From Asaia bogorensis (lineage in GTDB: Bacteria; Bacteroidota; Bacteroidia; Chitinophagales; Chitinophagaceae): a stretch of 64,000 bases of DNA. Below the pieces are notes generated by a model. That model ran no database searches, was not told where the DNA came from, and worked only from the letters and a program-made list of their open reading frames with translations. The DNA lies in assembly GCA_943371535.1 (NCBI GenBank), contig CALRVE020000009.1:21262-85261 (forward strand). The letters run 5' to 3'. Shown here one piece after another: positions 49,101 through 57,200 of this stretch (position 1 is its first letter; each line of letters opens with the position of its first letter). Position numbers and translations under genes: made by a program.

Positions 49101-49552
49101 GGCTTTCCTGTTATACCATAACTTTCGTGTAAACCTGTATTGAACCATTGTGGACTATTAGGTACACAACTTTGATTTAAAATGCTATATACCAATTCAT
49201 CGTAAAAAACAGTTGCATCTTCTTCGCTTGCAAAGTAACCATAACGTTCACCCCAAACTTTCCAGCAATTGGCCATACGATGAGCAACTTGCTTGGCAGA
49301 AGTTTCTCTACCTAAACTTCCATCGGCTTGTGGTACGCCTGCTTTTCTAAAATATTTTTGAGCCAAAATATCGGTTGCAATTTGACTCCATTGATTAGGA
49401 ACTTCTACGTTCGTCATTTCGAACACAGTTTCTCCTGTTGGGTTTTTAATAACACTGGTACGATAATCGTACTCAAACTGATCAAAAGGGCTAACGCCAT
49501 CTTTTGTAAAGCGGCGGCTGAATTGTAATCTTTGGTTAGGGGTGCTGGCCAT
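46184..49552 (-). CDS. nrdJ: Adenosylcobalamin-dependent ribonucleotide reductase (class II), long form with C-terminal Cys-rich tail
   Basis: 1122 aa. RNR core blocks include NPCSEY (active-site Cys) and GGTTRRAA. It has a helical insert with repeated GFT.EE motifs and a C-terminal CTTCGH..CYKCLNCG zinc-ribbon-like tail. Confidence 0.93.
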   Translation of the reverse strand: MASTPNQRLQFSRRFTKDGVSPFDQFEYDYRTSVIKNPTGETVFEMTNVEVPNQWSQIATDILAQKYFRKAGVPQADGSLGRETSAKQVAHRMANCWKVWGERYGYFASEEDATVFYDELVYSILNQSCVPNSPQWFNTGLHESYGITGKPQGHYYVDPITKELSKSKNAYERPQPHACFILSVSDDLVNDGGIMDLWVREARIFKYGSGVGTNFSQIRGGGEKLSGGGSSSGLMSFLKIGDRSAGAIKSGGTTRRAAKMVCLDLDHPEIMEFINWKVEEEKKVAALVAAGYDNGYEGEAYATVAGQNSNNSIRIPNEFFKVLEEDGDWELKARTDGRVMKKIPAREVWNQVAYAAWRCADPGTQYDTTINEWHTCPQGGRINASNPCSEYMFLDNTACNLASINLRKFFNEETNQIDVEGLEYISRLWTVVLEVSVLMAQFPSKEVAQLSYDYRTLGLGFANLGTILMISGIAYDSEEARGIAGAISAIMTGVAYKTSAEMASFLGAFDKFEENRADMLRVMRNHRAAAYDANEAYEGLQIKPQGIKAQYCPDALLKSATKAWDDAVQMGEKYGYRNAQTTVIAPTGTIGLVMDCDTTGVEPDFALVKFKKLSGGGYFKIINGAVPNALKTLGYSQKEVDAIEKYAVGAASFEGAPFINNQTLSAKGFTAEEIAKLNAAAKAAFEIGFIFNRYSLGDATLQRLGFTEEEYSDWSFNMLEGLGFTEDEIAAANDYICGTMTVEGAPYLKDEHLSVFDCANKCGKKGERYIHAHGHIRMMAACQPFLSGAISKTINLPHEANVEEIADCYKLSWELGLKANALYRDGSKLSQPLSTKSDKKKKTDDASVEAATEETEVTASLTDSNIVDLTKLSVEDLLDEVNRRMAASADTKLKRELSKIVERKSLPAKRRGYTQKAKINGQVIFLRTGEYNDGTLGEIFVDLAKEGSTVRSLMNCFAIAISVGLQYGVPLEEFVEKFVFTRFEPAGMVDHPNIKTTTSLVDFVFRALAYEYLGRTDLVHVLDKPEVGNMGDDEASLIGSPELSSVHVTAAPLATSANTTPTPAPQKLQRVAVKAEASMDAVNEYAKKMQGDAPACTTCGHITVRSGTCYKCLNCGTQGGCS

Positions 49553-49667
49553 ACAATGATAGAATTTATAGGTGGTTAATGATTTAGCTTGATTTTTACC
49601 ACGGTTAACGAATTGTTAAGCGGTTGACGAAAATATCTTTCCAAATTGAAAAAACAGCATGTTTTAA

Positions 49668-49684
49668 ATCCACAGATTGTGGAT
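49668..49684. promoter_or_regulatory. Palindrome ATCCACA-gat-TGTGGAT (NrdR-box-like) upstream of nrdJ
   Basis: It has 7-bp arms and shares the core CACAkATTGTG with 49737..49751. Confidence 0.4.
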
Positions 49685-49736
49685 AAGGAATGTGTAAAAA
49701 TTCGTGACTCAAATGCAGTATGCATTTGCTGCGTTT

Positions 49737-49751
49737 CTCACATATTGTGAG
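49737..49751. promoter_or_regulatory. Palindrome CTCACA-tat-TGTGAG (NrdR-box-like) upstream of nrdJ
   Basis: It has 6-bp arms. It is the second copy of the same core, with centres about 68 bp apart. Confidence 0.4.
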
Positions 49752-49966
49752 CAATTTTTTGAAAATTTAATGCTGTAGAATGAATTAATTCCTCTAACTA
49801 AATTGCATTAAACAATAAAAAATATCTATTTTCATGTTTTTGAACGAACATGTAATAAATTAGTTGTATTGAATGCCCGAAATAGCTTAAAATAGAATAA
49901 TTTTAATTATCGGTTATTTAGAGCAAAGTTTTTTGCATTTTTGCAATACCACTTACAAAATTTTGA

Positions 49967-50722
49967 ATGAAGCAGGATTTGTATAAACAATTTATAGCTA
50001 GAAAGGAACAAGGGAAAAAATCGTTCACGGTTTTAATTGATCCCGATAAAGTAAATGCTCAGTCTATTGAGCAAATTACTACTTTGGCAATGGATGCCAA
50101 AGTGGATTATTTTTTTGTAGGAGGCTCATTGGTTATTTCGAATCATTTAGATGAATGTATTCAGCAAATAAAATCTCTATGCAATATTCCTGTTGTATTA
50201 TTTCCTGGCTCACCATCTCAAGTAAGTAAATATGCCGATGCATTGTTGTATTTATCTTTAATTTCTGGAAGAAATCCTGAGTTACTAATTGGTCAGCATG
50301 TAGTAAGTGCTCCTTTTGTAAAAAAGAGTGGCTTAGAAATTATGCCTACCGGCTATATGGTGGTTGACGGAGGTGCACCAACAACTGTTTCTTATATTTC
50401 AAATGCTACACCCATACCTGCCGATAAAAATGAAATTGCTATGTGTACTGCAATGGCAGGTGAAATGTTGGGTATGAAATTAATTTATATGGATGCTGGC
50501 AGTGGTGCCAAACGCCCAATTACCGAGCAAATGATTGAAAAAGTAGCATCTTACATTGAATCTCCATTAATTGTTGGTGGTGGTATTATTGAGCCTGAAA
50601 AAGCCTATAGAAATTGTAAAGCAGGAGCAGATGTGATTGTAGTGGGAAATGCCATTGAAAAAGATCCTTCACTTATTAAAGAAATGGCTGCTGCTGTACA
50701 TAGTGTACCTGTAACTGTTTAA
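49967..50722 (+). CDS. pcrB: Geranylgeranylglyceryl / heptaprenylglyceryl phosphate synthase family protein (PcrB/GGGPS)
   Basis: 251 aa TIM-barrel pattern: ..LIDPDK.., DYFFVGGS, VLFPG, YMDAGSGA, and GGGI...E.A......GAD.IVVGN. Confidence 0.85.
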   Translation: MKQDLYKQFIARKEQGKKSFTVLIDPDKVNAQSIEQITTLAMDAKVDYFFVGGSLVISNHLDECIQQIKSLCNIPVVLFPGSPSQVSKYADALLYLSLISGRNPELLIGQHVVSAPFVKKSGLEIMPTGYMVVDGGAPTTVSYISNATPIPADKNEIAMCTAMAGEMLGMKLIYMDAGSGAKRPITEQMIEKVASYIESPLIVGGGIIEPEKAYRNCKAGADVIVVGNAIEKDPSLIKEMAAAVHSVPVTV

Positions 50723-50743
50723 CAACTAGAATATATTTAAAAG

Positions 50744-50780
50744 AAAAGGTTTCAAATTACTTGAAACCTTTTCTTTTTAT
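50744..50780. terminator. Bidirectional rho-independent terminator
   Basis: AAAAGGTTTCAA-attac-TTGAAACCTTTT between convergent genes. Confidence 0.7.
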
Positions 50781-50785
50781 AAACT

Positions 50786-53299
50786 TTATTGATTACCTAC
50801 CATAAAAATGGCGTTGCTAAATAGTAGTTTGCCATTCTCCCAAAACAATCTGAATATGGGATCATCGGCAAAAATGCTTACTGTTCCTGCACCCATTTCT
50901 AATGCTCCAATCACTGTTCCATCTTTTAATTTTTCTTTTACTTTATAACCAGAGAAACCCGTTACATAATTGTCTTTTTTAAGAATACCTACATTCCATC
51001 CATCTTTCATAAACTCGTAAATAGCAGTATTCTGTTTTAATGTATAGTAGTTATTGCTATACCCAAATGCTAAAGGATGTGTGGCATCTAACTCTACTTT
51101 ATAAATTGAACCAGGCGTATAATTGGGTAAATAATCTCTTTCTCTATCGGCATATTTTTTTACTAAAGCATAGGTGTCTTCTTTTTTATCGCTACCATCT
51201 TCTTTCTTTTTAAAACCCCAATCGGCATTGGCTAATTGGTCAACTGCATTTTCCATTGCTACTAATTTTCCTCCATTGCGTACAAATTCTTTTAGCTTAT
51301 CGTTCGCCGATTTATCATTTAAAAATCTGTAATAACCATCGGTCATAATAATTACATGATAATTTTTTAAACTCATTCTACCTAAATCATTGGCATTTAA
51401 TAAAGTAATAGGATAGTTCAATTGCTGATCAAATAAGTTCCAAACTTCGCCAGCTGCAGTGCTTGAAACCCCATCGCCAGTTAACATTGCAATAGTTGGC
51501 TTTTGTATCACTTTTACATCTGGACTACCAAAATCTAATCCTTTATCCATAAAACCAGTTTCTACAGGTATTGCTGTTACACCAAATTTTTGTTGAATTT
51601 GATTAATTGCTACATAAATTGATTCCATTGAATTACCAGTTTTTTGCACAATCAATGTTCCTCTTTCATAAGGTTGATTATTGTACACAAAAGGCTTTTC
51701 ACTAAAACGAACTTTAATATTCTGTTTCAATAAATGCGTTAATACTTTTACACTTGTGAAAGAAGTGTACGGAATTAAAAATCCATAAGTACTTGTTAGT
51801 TGAATCGTTGCTTTTGCAGGAGCGTCAGCTGCATCAAATTGCTTTTTTTCTTTTAATGCATAACCCTCTACTCCAAATGCATAAGGAATGCTCCATGCTG
51901 TAATATCGTAAGTGGCACTATCCGACAATTTACTTTTTGGTTCTAGCAAAACCTTTACCAATGCACTTTTGGGTTGAAATGCAGAAACCTGTAACGTAAA
52001 CTTTGCTGTTTTACAATCTTCTTTTTTGCTAGTTTGATAATTATATGCTTTGAATGTAGTTGAACTTTTTACCAAAGAAAAATCAATACTATTATTCATC
52101 AATAATTTCTTAACCGCTTCAATTTTTTGTTCATCATTACTGCTGAGTATATAAGTTTTATATTCTGTATTTTTTGCATTGATTCCATCGGTAAAAAACT
52201 GCTTAAACTCTGTTACTAGTTTTTGTGCATTTATAGAAGTGATTTCGATAGTAGATAATCCTGACGTAAAGTGATGTGCAGCTCTATCTACTAACGTTAA
52301 TGTATCGCCATCTTTGGTTACAACGCCTAAACCTCCTCTGCTATGACCACCTTGTTCATACGTCATGCCAATTGAACCATTGTAAATAGGATATGTATCA
52401 CCATAAGACGGATAAAATAAATCGAATCTTTCTTTGGTAAAATATAACCATCCATTGGCATCGAAATATTTTGCATGATTTTTACCAATTTGCGTTTGAA
52501 ACTCTCTTTGCCAATTGGTAATTACTTCATGAAAAGGTTCTGCCGCTGGTGCAAAATAATAAGGCTCATTATAACCTTGCTCATGAAAATCAACATGTAT
52601 ATGTGGCATCCACTGATTGTACTTTTTAATACGTTGTTGAGTTTCAACCTGTGTTTGCCAAGCCCAATCTCTGTTTAAATCAAAATTATAATGGTTACTT
52701 CTTCCTCCAGGCCAAGGTTCACTGTGTTCACGGCTTTGAGGATCGGCATTTAGCTCAGCTCCTACAACTTCATTGTACCAATTTACATAACGATCTCTTC
52801 CATCTGGATTTAAACAAGGATCAATAATTACTACTGTATTTTTTAACCACTCTTTGGTTTTAGTATTAGATGGATCTACCAATGCAAACAATGTAAGCAT
52901 TGCTGCTTCACTACTGCTTGGTTCATTGCCATGTACATTATAACTTAACCAAACAATGGCAGGAGCATCGTTACTAATGGCAGCCATCTTATCTTTTGCT
53001 AAACCAGCTAATCTTAAATTGTTGGCACGAATTGCTTCTAACTTTTGAATATTTTCAGGGGTTGAAACGTATGCCAGCATAAGCTCTCTTCCTTCGTTAG
53101 TTGTACCATACTGCTCAGTAACAACCATTCCAGTTTTTGCAGCAGCAACCGATTTTACGTACTCAACAATTTTATGATGACGGGTGTACTTTGTACCAAT
53201 TGGATAACCTAAAAATTGTTCAGGACTTTGTAGGGTTTGTGCAAACAATGTTTGCGTAAGAGCTAGTAATACAAATAGCAAATATTTTCTTTTGACCAT
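50786..53299 (-). CDS. M14 family zinc carboxypeptidase-like protein (large, secreted)
   Basis: Signal peptide. M14 blocks VHGNEPSS (Zn ligands H..E) and DFHEQG, plus a long C-terminal extension. Confidence 0.85.
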   Translation of the reverse strand: MVKRKYLLFVLLALTQTLFAQTLQSPEQFLGYPIGTKYTRHHKIVEYVKSVAAAKTGMVVTEQYGTTNEGRELMLAYVSTPENIQKLEAIRANNLRLAGLAKDKMAAISNDAPAIVWLSYNVHGNEPSSSEAAMLTLFALVDPSNTKTKEWLKNTVVIIDPCLNPDGRDRYVNWYNEVVGAELNADPQSREHSEPWPGGRSNHYNFDLNRDWAWQTQVETQQRIKKYNQWMPHIHVDFHEQGYNEPYYFAPAAEPFHEVITNWQREFQTQIGKNHAKYFDANGWLYFTKERFDLFYPSYGDTYPIYNGSIGMTYEQGGHSRGGLGVVTKDGDTLTLVDRAAHHFTSGLSTIEITSINAQKLVTEFKQFFTDGINAKNTEYKTYILSSNDEQKIEAVKKLLMNNSIDFSLVKSSTTFKAYNYQTSKKEDCKTAKFTLQVSAFQPKSALVKVLLEPKSKLSDSATYDITAWSIPYAFGVEGYALKEKKQFDAADAPAKATIQLTSTYGFLIPYTSFTSVKVLTHLLKQNIKVRFSEKPFVYNNQPYERGTLIVQKTGNSMESIYVAINQIQQKFGVTAIPVETGFMDKGLDFGSPDVKVIQKPTIAMLTGDGVSSTAAGEVWNLFDQQLNYPITLLNANDLGRMSLKNYHVIIMTDGYYRFLNDKSANDKLKEFVRNGGKLVAMENAVDQLANADWGFKKKEDGSDKKEDTYALVKKYADRERDYLPNYTPGSIYKVELDATHPLAFGYSNNYYTLKQNTAIYEFMKDGWNVGILKKDNYVTGFSGYKVKEKLKDGTVIGALEMGAGTVSIFADDPIFRLFWENGKLLFSNAIFMVGNQ

Positions 53300-53500
53300 A
53301 TATTGAAATTATAGTTGGTGAAAATAAAGAAAAATTAAGAACCCAATGAATTTGGTCTCACAACTAAAATAAACATGAGAATTTTATGATGCTCAGTTAG
53401 AAATTTAATTGGTAAAATCTACTACTTAGGTAGAACGAATTTTAAAAATTGCAAAAAATACATCCGAATAAATTTATACTTATGTTAGAAAAAACATTTT

Positions 53501-53883
53501 ATGATTATGACTGAAAATGAAATTTCTTATGTAATAAGAGGTACAATATTTAATGTATACAATCAACTTGGTCCTGGACTTTTAGAAAGTGCCTATGAAG
53601 CTGCATTGTTACATGAATTGAGAAAAAGTAACTTAAAAGTACAAAGTCAGGTTGCTTTACTTATGATTTATGATACAGTAAAAGTTGATATTGGCTACCG
53701 ATTAGATATTCTTGTAGAAAATAAAGTAATCATAGAATTAAAATCGGTTGAAACTATTTTGATGTGCACCATAAACAATTGATTACCTACTTAAAGCTTT
53801 CTGGTTTAAAACTTGGGCTATTGGTGAATTTTAATTCAAGTGATATTTCGAAAAGTATTTTTAGAAACGTGAATGGGCTTTGA
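53501..53883 (+). pseudogene. GxxExxY protein (PD-(D/E)XK-like) gene with a frameshift in a T4 run (53757..53760)
   Basis: Frame 1 gives ..GPGLLESAYEAAL..ELKSVETI and then stops. The rest of the family sequence (DVHHKQLITYLKLSGLKLGLLVNFNSSDISKSIFRNVNGL*) continues in another frame. One extra T would restore a single ORF. Confidence 0.75.
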
Positions 53884-53891
53884 GTTTTTCC

Positions 53892-54031
53892 TGCTGATGA
53901 ACGCAAATTGAATACACAGCTGATTTACGCTGATGTTATTTGCGAAAATCTGCGGTTCTTTTAATCTGTGAAAATCTGCGGGAGAAATAATTCCCGCTGA
54001 TTTACACTGAAGTGATTTGTGAACATTTGCT
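53892..54031. repeat. Word-stutter tail: GCTGATTTAC x2, GAAAATCTGCGG x2, hairpin GCGGGA/TCCCGC
   Basis: GCTGATTTAC occurs at 53919 and 53996. GAAAATCTGCGG occurs at 53944 and 53970. The hairpin reads GCGGGAgaaataatTCCCGC. Confidence 0.55.
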
Positions 54032-54224
54032 AGAGGGATATTAAACAATTTGGATTTTTAGTTAGCAAAAAAACCTCCCAGTTAAGATTAACTTTAATTG
54101 CCTAGGTAATAGGCAAGCTTGGTAGCTCAAAATTTAAACTGAGTAATCATTTTATTTAGTAAATAATTGCAATCGAAAGCTTCTGTTTTCATCAAATTTA
54201 TTCTATGTTGTATTTACTTTTCAA

Positions 54225-57200
54225 TTAATTGATCATTATTTTTATTGGTTGTCTATTTGCTATTTTCAGTATATATGTTCCTTTGAAATCACTTTTAATA
54301 GTAATGCTTGTTTGGCGTGCATTAATTACACCTTCTTGAACAATTTTACCATCAATAGTGGTAATTATATAAGCTTCGTTTTTAGAAATTGTTTCTCCCA
54401 AATCTATATTCAGTATTCCATTTGTTACTGGATTTGGATAAACAAGTAATGTATTTTTTGTACTAGAAAAATCAACCTTTCTTATTTCACTATAACTAAA
54501 CTTTCCATCTTTATCAACAAGTTTTAATCTATAATAAATGGTACTTGCATTAGTAGGTAAATGATAATCGGTAAATCTATACTCACTAACCATACCTTTT
54601 GCTTGCAGTGTGCCTATTTTATTAAATCTTAATCCATTAAAACTATTTTCAACTTCGTATTGTTTGGCATTTATTTCAGCGGCACTTGTCCATTGTAATA
54701 ATGCAGTATTATTTTGTTTGACAACAGTAAATTTGTTAAGAGTGATAGGTAATACTATATCTGCATTTCTAAAAACCGATAAATTGTTATCGTCTTCATT
54801 AACAGTGATAATATCAGGCTTGTTGTCTCCGTCTAAATCGTTTACAGCAAGTGCTACAGGCTTTCTTCCTGTATTTATAGAAACGGCTGCTGCAAAATGA
54901 ATAACACCATTGGTAGACAAATTTTTACGTATTTCAACTGTATTAGTAACTGTACTACCACCACTAAAGTTGGTAAGTATTAAATCTGGTTTTCCATCGC
55001 CATCAATATCACCTACGTCAATAGAACTAGTTCCACCAATTGATGTTGGGTATCGTAATGTACGTTCAAAAGTTACAGTACCTTCTCTTGAATTATTTCT
55101 ATATACAGCCGCTCCATTACCTATAACATCTAATTTTCCATCGCCATCAATATCGCTTGTAATAACCTTATCTGCCACAGCATCTACTATTCTTGTCATT
55201 GGTGCAAAAGTTATTTGACCAATGGTTGAGGTATTTAATCGAACGGAAAAGTCTGAGGTAACAACATCTAATTTTTTATCGCCATCAATATCGGCTATTG
55301 TAACCGACTTGTAATTAAAATTTGTAGCAAATGAAACAGCAGGTTGAAAACTTACTACACCTAAAATAGATGTATTTCTAATAACTGAAAACATAAAATT
55401 CCAATCGTGAGCTATTACTATTTCAGGCTTTCCATCGCCATCAATATCTCCAATGGCTAAAGATCTTGCATTGCTTGCAATAGTAATATCTTCTTTAGGT
55501 GCAAAGCTTATGGTACCATTGGTTGATGTATTTAACAGAATAGATATTTTATTAAAACATAGAACAGCCATATCTAATTTTCCATCGCCATCTATATCAC
55601 CCATTGTTACAAAAATTGGTGTTTCAGCGGTACTAATTTCCATTCTAGGAGCAAAGGAAACACCACCACTAGTTGAAGTGTTTCTAAAGACTGTTAAAAC
55701 TGGTAGAACTTCATAATATGCTGTTGCAGCCATATCTGGTTTCCCATCTCCATCAATATCGCCAACAGCAACACTAGTTAGTCTTCTTCTATTAACATCA
55801 TAATTTACTCTTGCAGCAAAATCGCCACTAGTAATACTTGTTTTTGCAGGTGCATAAATAGGGTTGAATTTTTGTGTACTTGTACCAGATAAAGCAGGGC
55901 TTGCATTTAAAACCGTAATGGGTGCATAGGTGGCTCCACTTGGTACAATGGCAGTAATTTGAGTGGATGTTACAGCCGTAAGCGTTGCTTTGGTAGCACC
56001 GAAATACACAATATTATCGTTAATATTTGCATCTCTAAAATTAGTACCGTTAATGGTAACTATATCGCCTGGTTTTGCAGATAAAGGAGTAAAAGATGAA
56101 ATAGTTGGCCCATGACCTAATCTAGTAATTCTTACTGTGTAAGTTTTAGCTGGTAAATTTCCGCCATTGCTTACAGTTATTTGTAACAAATTTAATCCTT
56201 GACTAATGTTTAATTGTAAACTTGGCGATTGACTGCCACTTACAACTGGTTGATCAATAGTGCCATTCATTCCATATTTAATTGTTGTGCTAGCATCAAC
56301 TGCAGTTGCAGTAAATGCCATAAACGATATAGTAGCAGGCACAGTGGCTGTATATGAAATATTACCAGTTGAGAATGATGGAGATAATGTACCAACACTT
56401 AATACTAAATTACTTAAATCTGGATTAGGGCTACCTGCTCTTATGATGTTGATAGTGTACAATTTAGTAGTAATACCATCTTGTGCCACAACTAATAATT
56501 CTATTTGATTGCTACCAATATTTAAATTAAACTGATTAGATTGTTGAGAACCACCACCACCAGTTAGGGCATAAGAAGTGTAGCCACCCCCACTTTGCCT
56601 TATGTTTACTACTGAATTAAATATTTCTCTAGTAAAGTTTACCCTTACACTTGTAGTTGTGTTGGTTACATTGGCTGTGTACGCTGTTGTGTTGGTTGAA
56701 AATACTGGAGATATTGTACCCACAGTTAATGAAAGTGCTGTAAGGTTAGCATTATTATTTAGCGATCTTACAACTCTAATATTGTATACTTTACTAGTTG
56801 TGCCATCTTGTGCCGTTACCCGTATTTCTATTACCGTACTATTACCAACCAAAAGAAGTGGCAATGAAATAGCACCACTTGGTGTTGTAAAACTAGCCGT
56901 ACCTGTTGGTTCACCTGCACCCACAATACCAGACCAGCTTCGTACTCTTATCGTTCCATTTGTATCGGCAAGTGTAGGTGTAATGGTTACAGAGTTTACA
57001 CCATTACTCAATATTGTATTTACAACATATTCGGTAGTATTTGCAGAGAAAACAGGAGACAAGCTACCGGCACTGGTGGTTACATTACTTAGGTTAGCAT
57101 TGTTATTGGCTCTTATGATATCAACTGTATACGTTTTAGTAGTAATGCCATCTTGAGCAGTTACCAATATTTCAATGATATTGCTACCTAAACTTAATGG

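Noticed and set aside
46184-49552. Intein in the unusually long (1122 aa) NrdJ
   Set aside because: The extra length is explained by a helical insert with GFT.EE repeats, an acidic/lysine-rich linker and a C-terminal Cys-rich tail. I saw no intein splice-junction blocks (N-terminal Cys/Ser block with a terminal HN+Cys/Ser/Thr) or homing-endonuclease motifs.
49553-49966. Cobalamin riboswitch upstream of the B12-dependent RNR
   Set aside because: No B12-box-like GC-rich core was visible on either strand. B12 riboswitches normally control B12-independent isozymes or transporters, not nrdJ.
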